Source: an uncultured Acidobacteriota bacterium (GTDB lineage: Bacteria; Acidobacteriota; JAQAZP01). Taken from it: a stretch of DNA of 64,000 nucleotides. The stretch spans positions 1,984,001 to 2,048,000 of the forward strand of contig CAWIIB010000001.1 of assembly GCA_963836075.1 (NCBI GenBank). Reading direction: 5' to 3'. Below, in pieces: positions 52,898 to 61,780 of this stretch. The first letter of the stretch is position 1; each line of letters starts with the position of its first letter. Position numbers and translations under genes: made by a program. The notes below the pieces were generated by a model. That model worked only from the letters and a program-made list of their open reading frames with translations, was not told where the DNA came from and did no database searches.

Positions 52898-54331
52898 ATG
52901 AGCGAGCACGCGGTTCAGCTGACACCCCTCGGCGGAGGCAAGGAGATCGGCGCCAACGCCTATCTGCTCCGCTGGGGAGAGGTGTCGATCCTCCTCGACG
53001 CCGGGATGCACCCCAGCCGCGATGGCTACCAGGCCCTGCCCCTGCTGGAGCCGCTGGACCAGCTGGACCAACTGGATGCGGTGCTCGTCTCCCATGCCCA
53101 CCTGGACCACGTGGGCAGCCTGCCATACATCGCCCGCGAATACCGACCGCCGGCCATCTTCTGCACCGAGCCCACCGTGGAGGTGGCCTCGCGGATGCTG
53201 CACAACACCGTCTCCGTGCTCTCGATGCTCGGGCACCGCGAGTTCGGCGACCACCGCTACTTCGAAACACACTGGTCCCACGAGGGCATCGACGCCCTGT
53301 CCGAGATCCTCCGCTTCCACGGCCAGCCCTTCGGCAAGTGGTTCCGCGTGGCCGGACCGGTGCGCGCCCTCTTCTTCGAAGCGGGCCACGTGCTCGGCGC
53401 CGCCGGGATCCTGCTCACCGACGGCCAGTTCACCCTGGCCTACAGCGGCGACATCAACCTCGCCCCCCAGGAAATCCACCGCGGGGCCAGCCTGCCGGAG
53501 CTGGAACGCCCGGTGGACGCCCTGATTCTCGAATCAACCTACGGCAGTGACGAAGAGGCCCAGCGGGTCAGCCGGCGGCATGAGAGCAGCCGCTTCACCA
53601 AAAAGGCCCGCAAGGCACTGAACCGCGGAGGCAGCGTGCTGGTGCCCAGCTTCGCCCTGGGCCGGACCCAGGAGATGCTGGCCCTGGTGACCCGGCTGAT
53701 GGAAAAGGGTGAACTGCCCCTGGTACCCATCCGCATCTCAGGTCTGGGCCGGGCGGTGAACCGGATCTACGACGACTTCAACCACCTGCTGCTGCCCAAA
53801 AAGGAAGGGGGGCTGCACCAATTCGACACCGGCTACCGCGTATTGGAACTCTACCCCCCGGGTAAACCCTGGGAACGGCGGGACCGGGATTTCACCCGTC
53901 GCCGGGTGAGAAGGCTGCTGGAGCACCCCTCGATCATCATCGCCACCAACGGGATGATGAAGGAGGAGACCCCCTCGGCCCACTTTGCCGAGGCGATGCT
54001 CGGCTGGCGCGAGCACGCCATTCTCTTTGTCGGCTATGTGGCCCCCGCGGAGCTGGGCGCCCGGGTTCTCGCCGCCGAAAACGGGGATGAAGTGGATTTC
54101 GGCCCCGAAGCCCCCACGGTGCGCGTCCGCTGCCGGACTATCGAGCGCTACCGCTTTTCCGCCCATTCCCACCGCGGCCACCTGCTTGAGGTGGAAGACC
54201 ACTTCTCACCCCGCCGCACAGTGCTGATCCACGGTGAGGACGCCAGTGTGGCCTGGATGAAGGAGCACCTCGAAGACCACACCCGGGTTGACGTTCCCGA
54301 GGTGGGCGAACCCCTCGACCTCCGCGGCTGA
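52898..54331 (+). CDS. Beta-CASP metallo-beta-lactamase nuclease
   Basis: LLDAG, SHAHLDH, AGHVLG, SGD, LESTYG, FALGRTQE, FSAH, IHGE. Confidence 0.92.
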   Translation: MSEHAVQLTPLGGGKEIGANAYLLRWGEVSILLDAGMHPSRDGYQALPLLEPLDQLDQLDAVLVSHAHLDHVGSLPYIAREYRPPAIFCTEPTVEVASRMLHNTVSVLSMLGHREFGDHRYFETHWSHEGIDALSEILRFHGQPFGKWFRVAGPVRALFFEAGHVLGAAGILLTDGQFTLAYSGDINLAPQEIHRGASLPELERPVDALILESTYGSDEEAQRVSRRHESSRFTKKARKALNRGGSVLVPSFALGRTQEMLALVTRLMEKGELPLVPIRISGLGRAVNRIYDDFNHLLLPKKEGGLHQFDTGYRVLELYPPGKPWERRDRDFTRRRVRRLLEHPSIIIATNGMMKEETPSAHFAEAMLGWREHAILFVGYVAPAELGARVLAAENGDEVDFGPEAPTVRVRCRTIERYRFSAHSHRGHLLEVEDHFSPRRTVLIHGEDASVAWMKEHLEDHTRVDVPEVGEPLDLRG

Positions 54332-54423
54332 ATGCAAAAAGATGATGCCACTTTGGGGGACCTGACCCAGCTTTTGCATGCGATATAATGGTCATACGTT
54401 AAGAGTCAGGGGAGAGAAGAACG

Positions 54424-55068
54424 ATGCAGCAGGAATACACCACCGGCGAGGAAATCGCCAACAGCATCACCCACGGTCTGGGGCTGGCCCTCAGTGTCGC
54501 CGGGCTGGTGATGCTGGTCATATTGGCTGCCCAGCGCGGTGATCCCTGGCAGGTGGTCAGTTTCAGCATCTTCGGTGCCTCGCTGATTCTGCTCTACCTC
54601 GCGTCCACGCTCTACCATGGACTGACCCGGCCGGAAACCAAGAAAACCTTCAAGTTTTTTGACCACGCGTCGATCTACATTCTCATCGCCGGCACCTACA
54701 CCCCCTTCACAATGGTCTCCATCCGCGGCGGCTGGGGCTGGGCCCTCTTCGGCGTGATCTGGGGGCTGGCCATCCTGGGCATCCTGTTCAAGATCAAAAA
54801 CACCGGGCGCTGGGGCAAGGTCTCCGCCGCAGTCTACGTGCTGATGGGCTGGCTCTGCGTCATTGCCCTGCACCGGATGATCGCCACCATCCCCACGGCC
54901 GGCCTGATCTGGCTCTTCGCCGGCGGCGTACTCTACACCAGCGGCCTGATCTTCTATGGCTGGAAGAAACTGCCCTACAACCACGCCGTCTGGCATCTCT
55001 TCGTCCTCGGCGGCAGCATCTGCCACTTCTTCTCCATCTTCTATTACGTGCCGGGGGGCACGGCCTGA
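54424..55068 (+). CDS. Hemolysin III / PAQR family membrane protein
   Basis: EEIANSITH, STLYH, DHASIYILIAGTYTP, HAVWHLFV; TATAAT at 54384-54389. Confidence 0.93.
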   Translation: MQQEYTTGEEIANSITHGLGLALSVAGLVMLVILAAQRGDPWQVVSFSIFGASLILLYLASTLYHGLTRPETKKTFKFFDHASIYILIAGTYTPFTMVSIRGGWGWALFGVIWGLAILGILFKIKNTGRWGKVSAAVYVLMGWLCVIALHRMIATIPTAGLIWLFAGGVLYTSGLIFYGWKKLPYNHAVWHLFVLGGSICHFFSIFYYVPGGTA

Positions 55069-55094
55069 ACGCCACCGGGAGCGCGCACAGCGGC

Positions 55095-57053
55095 ATGAAC
55101 TCGCCCGATGCCAAGCCGATCAGATCCCGTCAGGACGTGGTCCTGCTCATCGCCGTGGCCGCGGCCCTGACCGAAGGGATCATCTGCGCCTCTCTCTACC
55201 GTCACCTGCCGCTGGGGCCATTCCGCTTCTTCAGCGCCACGATCAGCGGGTATGCCGCCCTGATGGCGCTGGCCGCCGGGGCCCTGACCTGGCTGCTGAC
55301 CCTGCTCTTCCGCCGGCCCCGCCCGGCCGTCGCCCTGGGGTCGGCCCTGGCCTGGTTCGCCCTCCTCGCCTGGCGCGGGTTGGGCATCGCCGCACTGCTG
55401 GACACCGGTCCCGCCTCCACCAAGGACGTGGTGGCGGCACCGGTCTGGCCGGTGTACTCCATGGCCGGCGGAGCCGCCCTGGCCATCGGTCTCATCGCCT
55501 GGCTGCTGGCCGCACGAAAGCGGCGCTGGGTTCCCCGGCCGGTGGCCGTCAGCCTGGCACTGCTGGTCCTTGCCGGCGGGCTCTTCCTCACCCGGGGCGA
55601 GACGGTGATCACGGCCGGGCAAACCGGATCGGGAGCCGCAGCCACCGTTCAAACGGCCCCGCCGTTCCATGCCGCGGACACCAACCTCCTGCTGGTCACC
55701 GTGGACACCCTGCGCGCTGACCACACTTCGGCGTACGGCTACGGGCGGGATACCTCACCGGTCCTGACCGATCTCAGCAGCCGCGGGGTTCGTTTCGGCC
55801 GCTGCATCACCCAGCGGACCAACACTGCGGCCAGCGTGGCCGCCCTGATGACCGGGCTCTACCCGCCCACCAACCGGACGCTGAACAACCGCGACATCCT
55901 TCAGGACTTCAACTTCACCCTGGCCGAGCTGTTCCGGGACCAGGGGTATCGCACGGCGGCCTTTGTCACCGTGCCGGTGGTGGGGCCGCGCTTCAACTTC
56001 GACCAGGGGTTCGAGCAGTTCAAGATGCTGGCCTTCCGCATTCCCGAGGACGAACTGGCCGAGTCGCGGATCGTCAACCGCAGCACCTTCAACTGGTTGA
56101 CCGAAAACGCGGAAAACCGCTTCTTCCTCTGGCTGCACTACAAGGATCCCCACTCGCCCTACCTCGTCCCGGAAAAGTACAAGGGCCTCTACCTCGACAC
56201 ACCCGGGACCGCATCGCCAGGCGAAACGGAGCTGCTGATGCAGGGGACCGAGGAGGCACGCCGGGAAAACGCCCGCTACTTCATCTCGCAATATGACGCG
56301 GAGATCCGCTTCATCGACGAGAGCCTCGGCCGGCTCTTTGACAAACTGGACGAACTGGGCCTGGGCGAGCGCACCCTGGTGGTGCTCACCGCCGACCATG
56401 GCGAGGGGCTGGGCGAGCACGGCGAGTATTTCGCCCACGGCGCCAACTGTTACGAACCCACGGCCAGCGTACCGCTCTACCTGCTCCACCCCGCGCTGCC
56501 CGGTGGACGGCTGGTCACCGACACGGTGAGCCTGGTGGACGTCCTGCCCACCCTCCGTGACCTGTTCGGTTTCGGCGCCGATCCCGGCCTGCAGGGCCAG
56601 AGCCTCACCGGACTGCTCACCAATGACCAGACCCGGCCGGCCCGCCCGCACCACTTCATCGTCGGCGCCTACCGTGCCGGTTACCAGACCCACGCGGTGA
56701 CCACCGGCAGCCACAAGCTGATTTTGAAAGCAATGGAGGGATGGGTGGCCACCGACCAGGCCATGGATCGGCTGGTGCGGCTCTGGACCGGCGACCCGCT
56801 GCTCAATCCATACCGCTGCCGGGTCACCGGCTACGAGCTCTACGATCTGGAGGCCGACCCCGGTGAGACGAACAACCTGGCCGGCCAGGGACTGGAGGCG
56901 GAGGCGGAGCTGGAGGACGAACTCTGGCGCTGGATGGACCGGACCTACCGCCGCGGCGCGGTGCACGACGTCCGGCAAGGCGATTTGACACCAAAGCTGG
57001 CCGACCAGCTGCGGGCCCTGGGCTACCTGGAGCGTGAGCCGGGCGAGAAGTAA
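55095..57053 (+). CDS. Membrane-anchored sulfatase-like protein, Thr at nucleophile site
   Basis: About 5 N-terminal TMs; VDTLRADH, NTAAS, HYKDPH, ADHGE, LRALGY. Confidence 0.85.
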   Translation: MNSPDAKPIRSRQDVVLLIAVAAALTEGIICASLYRHLPLGPFRFFSATISGYAALMALAAGALTWLLTLLFRRPRPAVALGSALAWFALLAWRGLGIAALLDTGPASTKDVVAAPVWPVYSMAGGAALAIGLIAWLLAARKRRWVPRPVAVSLALLVLAGGLFLTRGETVITAGQTGSGAAATVQTAPPFHAADTNLLLVTVDTLRADHTSAYGYGRDTSPVLTDLSSRGVRFGRCITQRTNTAASVAALMTGLYPPTNRTLNNRDILQDFNFTLAELFRDQGYRTAAFVTVPVVGPRFNFDQGFEQFKMLAFRIPEDELAESRIVNRSTFNWLTENAENRFFLWLHYKDPHSPYLVPEKYKGLYLDTPGTASPGETELLMQGTEEARRENARYFISQYDAEIRFIDESLGRLFDKLDELGLGERTLVVLTADHGEGLGEHGEYFAHGANCYEPTASVPLYLLHPALPGGRLVTDTVSLVDVLPTLRDLFGFGADPGLQGQSLTGLLTNDQTRPARPHHFIVGAYRAGYQTHAVTTGSHKLILKAMEGWVATDQAMDRLVRLWTGDPLLNPYRCRVTGYELYDLEADPGETNNLAGQGLEAEAELEDELWRWMDRTYRRGAVHDVRQGDLTPKLADQLRALGYLEREPGEK

Positions 57054-57062
57054 TGCCGGGAC

Positions 57063-59225
57063 CTACCGCGCCCCGGCGCCGGCCACCTTCACCCCGTGGG
57101 TGAACAGGTCGGGATCGTAGGCCATGAAATCGACGCCCGGCACCGCACTCACCGACCCATCCTCGTAGTCGAACGCCCTGACCCACGGGGAGTAGTCCTC
57201 CCGCGGGCCGGGACCGGTGAGAATCTCGTCGACCCCGTCACCGTCCACATCGCCGCACCCCACGTTGACCCCGTACTGGAGGTAGTCATCGTAGGCGAAG
57301 AAGCTGATCCCCGGCAGCGGCTGGGCCGTGCCCGACCCGTCCCAGTTCCAGGCACGGACATGCGGACCAAAGACGATGCCCGGGCCGGCGCCGGTGATGA
57401 TCTCGTCGATCCCGTCGCCGTCCAGATCGCCGCAGGCCACGTTCACCCCGTACTTGTTGGTGCCGTAGGCCAGGAAGTTGACCTCCGGGATGGCCACGGC
57501 CGGACCGCCGTCCACGTTCCAGCCGCGCACGTGCGGGCCGTACACCGCACCCGGACCGGCGCCGGTGACGATCTCGTCGAAACCGTCGCCGTCGATGTCT
57601 CCGCAGGAGACGTTCACGCCCCACTTGGGGGTGCCGTAGGCGAAGTAGGAGATAGTGGGGATGATGGTCACCTCGCCGCCACCGTCCCAGTTCCAGCCGC
57701 GCACGTGGGGGCCGAAGACGGCGCCCGGGCCCGCCCCGGTGACGATCTCGGGATAGTCATCGCCGTCCACATCCCCGCAGGCCACGTTCACCCCGAATTT
57801 ATGCGTGCCGTAGGCCAGGAAGGAGATCTCCGCAATGGCCGTGCCGTCCTCGCGGAACCCCCGGACATGGGGCCCGTAGATCTCTCCCGGCCCGGGGCCG
57901 GTGAGCAGTTCGACCTTCGAGTCGAGGGTCAGGTCGCCGCAGGCCACGTTCACCCCGTAGTTGTCCGCACCATAGGCCGTCCACTCCGCCACCGGGCTGC
58001 CGGGATTGCCCGGGTCGAACAGCCGGACCAGCGGCGGGTTGCCCTCTCCCCGTCCCGGACCGGTGACGATGTATCTCGGTCCCACGGTGCTGTTGAGCAG
58101 GATGGCCACGAAGTTGGAGGAATTGCTCCCCACGGCCACATCCAGGTCCCCGTCACCATCCAGGTCGCTCAGGGCCAGCGAGGAACCGCTGTAGTCAGCG
58201 AGGTATTCCCGGCCCTCCTGGAAGGTCAGATCGCCGTTGCCCAGGAAGACCGTCAGCATCGGGTTGCCAAGACTGGCCATGGCCAGGTCGAGATTGCCGT
58301 CAAGGTCGAGGTCACCCGCCGCCAGCGCCCAGGGATTTCCATTGAGGGTACGGTCGACCCTGTTGCCGAAATTCCCGTTGCCCAGGTTTTCCAGGATAGT
58401 GAGCCTGCCGTAGTATCCGACCACCGCCAGGTCCGGGTCACCGTCATCGTCCAGGTCGCTGAAGACCGTTCCGCGAGGCCTGTCGCAGACCCCGTAGTCG
58501 ACCCGGTGGGTGTAGTTGCCGTCGTCATACTTGAGAACGGTCACCGAATCGTCGGAGTAGTTCGTCACGGCGAGATCCACCATGTCGTCATCGGTCAACT
58601 CGGCGAAGGTGATGAAATTGGGTTCCCGCCCGGCGGTGAAATTGCCGTCCATGGTGTACGTGCCGTCTCCGTCGCCGTTGAACAGCTGTAACCGCTGTGC
58701 GTCGGGCCAGGTCATCATGATGTCCAGGTCGTCGTCACCGTCAATACTGCACTCGGCCAGTGCCATGGCCGTGGGGTAGTCGGGCGAGTAATCGTACCAG
58801 TGGGTGAGCAGCTCTCCGACGCCGTTGCCCAGCAAGATGATCAGTTCCGGCCCGTAACGGCTGAGGACGGCAGCGTCAAGGTGCCCGTCGCTGTTCAGGT
58901 CGCCCAGCTCCAGGTCCTGCGGCGAGTATCCGGCATCGGTGACGTTGCCAACGAAAAAGGTGCCGTCCCCGTTGCCAATCAGGACCGCCACCGAATCGTC
59001 GTAGTCGTTGAGGGTCACCAGGTCCATGATGCCGTCCTCATCGATATCGCCGGCCCCCACATCCACTGGTGTGCCGGTGCTTGCGGTGAGAATCACCGTT
59101 CCCAGGAGATCGTCCCCTTCCCCGGGGAGCACCTGGGCGGACAGGACTGATGGAAGACAGGCAAACAGCGCGGCCAGCAGTACCGGCAGCAGGGCCGGTC
59201 CCCTCTTCGACAGTGACAAGGTCAT
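57063..59225 (-). CDS. Secreted FG-GAP repeat protein with C-terminal GPGPG propeller
   Basis: Signal peptide; DxDxDGxxD repeats; six TGxGPG..GPHVR units. Confidence 0.88.
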   Translation of the reverse strand: MTLSLSKRGPALLPVLLAALFACLPSVLSAQVLPGEGDDLLGTVILTASTGTPVDVGAGDIDEDGIMDLVTLNDYDDSVAVLIGNGDGTFFVGNVTDAGYSPQDLELGDLNSDGHLDAAVLSRYGPELIILLGNGVGELLTHWYDYSPDYPTAMALAECSIDGDDDLDIMMTWPDAQRLQLFNGDGDGTYTMDGNFTAGREPNFITFAELTDDDMVDLAVTNYSDDSVTVLKYDDGNYTHRVDYGVCDRPRGTVFSDLDDDGDPDLAVVGYYGRLTILENLGNGNFGNRVDRTLNGNPWALAAGDLDLDGNLDLAMASLGNPMLTVFLGNGDLTFQEGREYLADYSGSSLALSDLDGDGDLDVAVGSNSSNFVAILLNSTVGPRYIVTGPGRGEGNPPLVRLFDPGNPGSPVAEWTAYGADNYGVNVACGDLTLDSKVELLTGPGPGEIYGPHVRGFREDGTAIAEISFLAYGTHKFGVNVACGDVDGDDYPEIVTGAGPGAVFGPHVRGWNWDGGGEVTIIPTISYFAYGTPKWGVNVSCGDIDGDGFDEIVTGAGPGAVYGPHVRGWNVDGGPAVAIPEVNFLAYGTNKYGVNVACGDLDGDGIDEIITGAGPGIVFGPHVRAWNWDGSGTAQPLPGISFFAYDDYLQYGVNVGCGDVDGDGVDEILTGPGPREDYSPWVRAFDYEDGSVSAVPGVDFMAYDPDLFTHGVKVAGAGAR

Positions 59226-59301
59226 GGCGATAACCTCTTCAGGAATATGACTGCATATAACGGACAGGTTCACCCCGCCCAGTTTGACCAAGGCTCGAGC
59301 A

Positions 59302-61464
59302 CTATTGCGGGCCGGCACCGGCCACCTTCACCCCGTGGCTGAAATGATCCGGATTGTAGGCCAGGAAATCGATGCCCTGCACCGCGGTGAGCGCATCGCC
59401 ATCGAAATTGAATGCCCGGACCCACGGGAGATGATCCTCCCCCGGTCCGGGACCGGTGAGGATCTCGTGGATCCCGTCACCGTCCACGTCTCCGCACGCC
59501 ACGTTCACACCCCACTGGGAGTACAACGCATAGGCAAAGAAACTCACCCCGCCCACCGCTTCCACCGGCCCCGAGCCGTCCCAGTTCCAGGCACGAACGT
59601 GGGGGCCGAACACGGTGCCCGGACCGGCACCGGTGACGATCTCGCTCATTCCGTCGCCGTCGATGTCACCACAGGCCACGTTGACCCCGAACTGGTTGGT
59701 GCCGTAAGCCAGGAAGGAGATTTCCGGGATGGCCTGGGCCACCCCTGTTCCGTCCCAGTTCCAGCCCCGGACGTGGGGGCCGTAGATCGCTCCTGGTCCG
59801 GCGCCGGTGATGATCTCATCGTAGCCGTCGCCGTCAAGGTCGCCGCAGGCCACGTTGACCCCCCACTGGGACGCGCCATAGGCGAAATAGGAGATCTCGG
59901 GAATGGCACTGACCTCGCCGGCCCCGTCCCAGTTCCAGCCGCGCACGTGGGGGCCGAACACGGCACCCGGACCGGCGCCGGTGATGATCTCGGGATAGCT
60001 GTCGCCGTCGATGTCGCCACAGGCCACGTTGACGCCGAACTTCAGGGTGCCGTAAGCGATGAAGGAAATCTCCGGGATCGGCGCACCGTTGCCCTGGAAC
60101 CCGCGAACCTGTGGCCCGTAAATCTCCCCGGGGCCCGGGCCGGTGAGCACGTCGAGATTCTGGTCCAGGTCGAGGTCGCCGCAGGCCACATTCACCCCGT
60201 ACTTGTCCGCCCCGTAGGCCGTCCACTCGGCCAGCGGTGTGGACACATTCCTCGGGTCAAAGACCCGGGCCAACGGCGGGTTGTTCTCGCCGCGGCCCGG
60301 ACCGGTGACGATGTATCCCGGGTCCAGGGTGGAGTTCAGGAACACCGCCACATAGCCGTTGTTGCCGCTGGGTATGGCGATGTCGAGATCACCATCCCCG
60401 TCCAGGTCGGCCATGGAGATGGCAGTACCGCCATCATCGTAAAGATAGGTGAGTGGGGATTCAAAGGTCAGGTCCCCCCGGCCCAGAAGTACGGTGAGCA
60501 GGTCCGAGTAATCACTGACAAGGGCCAGGTCGACGTGGCCGTCGAGGTTCAGATCCCCGGCAGCCACCTTCAAGGGGTAGGTGTACAAACTGACCATTCC
60601 GGCATTTCCGAAAACACCGCCGCCCATGTTCTCCAGAATGGTCACCCCGTCCCACTGGCAGGCCACGGCGAGATCCTCGTCGCCATCCTCGTCCAGGTCG
60701 GCGAGCGCGGCCCCCTGGGGTTCTCCGAACACCGCGTAGTCGGCCCGGTGGGTGTAGTTCCCGTCACTGTATTTGAGGATGGAAACACTGTTGTCGTCCC
60801 TGTTGGACACGGCGAAATCCATGATCCCGTTGCCGGTGAGATCGGCAAGGGTGATGAAAGTGGCATCGCGGCCCACGGCAAAGTTACCGTCGGTGGTGAA
60901 GGTACCGTCACCCACACCGTTGAGCAGCCGCACTTCGTCGTCGTAGGGCCAGTTTACCACCAGGTCGAGGTCGTCATCGCCGTCGGCCCCCACACTCCCC
61001 AGGGCCATGGCCGTGGGGTTATCGGGCGAGGTATCGGTCCAGTGTTCGGTGAACTCCCCCAGTCCGTCGCCCAGCAGCACGCGCAGTTCCGGCGCATAGC
61101 GGCTGATGGTGACGGCATCCTGGTGCCCGTCGTCGTCGACATCGCCCATGGCAAGATCGGTAATATAGTCCCCGGCATGGAAACTGCCGCCGGTGGAGAA
61201 GGTGCCGTCGCCATTGCCGTGATACACCGTTATATTCTCGTAGTAGTCGGCGGTCACCAGGTCCGGACGGCCGTCCTCGTCCACGTCGGCGACCTCGATA
61301 TCCACGGGATTGCCGGTGACCGGCAGCAGGATCACCGCTTCGAAGAGATCGCCTGCCGTCCCGCCCGCCATCTGGGCCGGAAGGAGTGCCGGGAACAGCA
61401 TGAGCAGCACAATTGCCAGGACCGGCAACAGAAACGGCCCTCTTCTCCAAAGAGATGAAATCAT
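59302..61464 (-). CDS. Secreted FG-GAP repeat protein, tandem paralog of 57063-59225
   Basis: Collinear similarity over full length; same C-terminal module ending HGVKVAGAG. Confidence 0.88.
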   Translation of the reverse strand: MISSLWRRGPFLLPVLAIVLLMLFPALLPAQMAGGTAGDLFEAVILLPVTGNPVDIEVADVDEDGRPDLVTADYYENITVYHGNGDGTFSTGGSFHAGDYITDLAMGDVDDDGHQDAVTISRYAPELRVLLGDGLGEFTEHWTDTSPDNPTAMALGSVGADGDDDLDLVVNWPYDDEVRLLNGVGDGTFTTDGNFAVGRDATFITLADLTGNGIMDFAVSNRDDNSVSILKYSDGNYTHRADYAVFGEPQGAALADLDEDGDEDLAVACQWDGVTILENMGGGVFGNAGMVSLYTYPLKVAAGDLNLDGHVDLALVSDYSDLLTVLLGRGDLTFESPLTYLYDDGGTAISMADLDGDGDLDIAIPSGNNGYVAVFLNSTLDPGYIVTGPGRGENNPPLARVFDPRNVSTPLAEWTAYGADKYGVNVACGDLDLDQNLDVLTGPGPGEIYGPQVRGFQGNGAPIPEISFIAYGTLKFGVNVACGDIDGDSYPEIITGAGPGAVFGPHVRGWNWDGAGEVSAIPEISYFAYGASQWGVNVACGDLDGDGYDEIITGAGPGAIYGPHVRGWNWDGTGVAQAIPEISFLAYGTNQFGVNVACGDIDGDGMSEIVTGAGPGTVFGPHVRAWNWDGSGPVEAVGGVSFFAYALYSQWGVNVACGDVDGDGIHEILTGPGPGEDHLPWVRAFNFDGDALTAVQGIDFLAYNPDHFSHGVKVAGAGPQ

Positions 61465-61606
61465 GATGAAGTCCCCTTGAGGTATCCCGGTGGATGGCTG
61501 GTTCAGAACCGCCACGCAATCCTCGGGCAATTCCAAAAATATGATGATTCGGTTTGAGTAAGGCGTTTTAAAACTGGGGCCACCATTCACAGGTGAATTA
61601 CTAAAA

Positions 61607-61635
61607 AGTATACCTATCAGGAAAACAGTTGTCAA
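61607..61635 (-). promoter_or_regulatory. Near-consensus sigma70 promoter for FG-GAP paralogs
   Basis: TTGACA-17 nt-TATACT on the minus strand. Confidence 0.7.
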
Positions 61636-61700
61636 ACTTACCTTTACCGGAACAATTTCATTATTCCAATCCGTATGAACTGTCATAACGAACACCTAGT

Positions 61701-61729
61701 TTGTCCGGAATGGAAATACGGACTATACT
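61701..61729 (+). promoter_or_regulatory. Sigma70-type promoter for STT3 gene
   Basis: TTGTCC-17 nt-TATACT. Confidence 0.6.
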
Positions 61730-61780
61730 CACCGCGAATCTGTTCCCGAATCACCGGCATTCCGTAATCAGCGAACAGCC

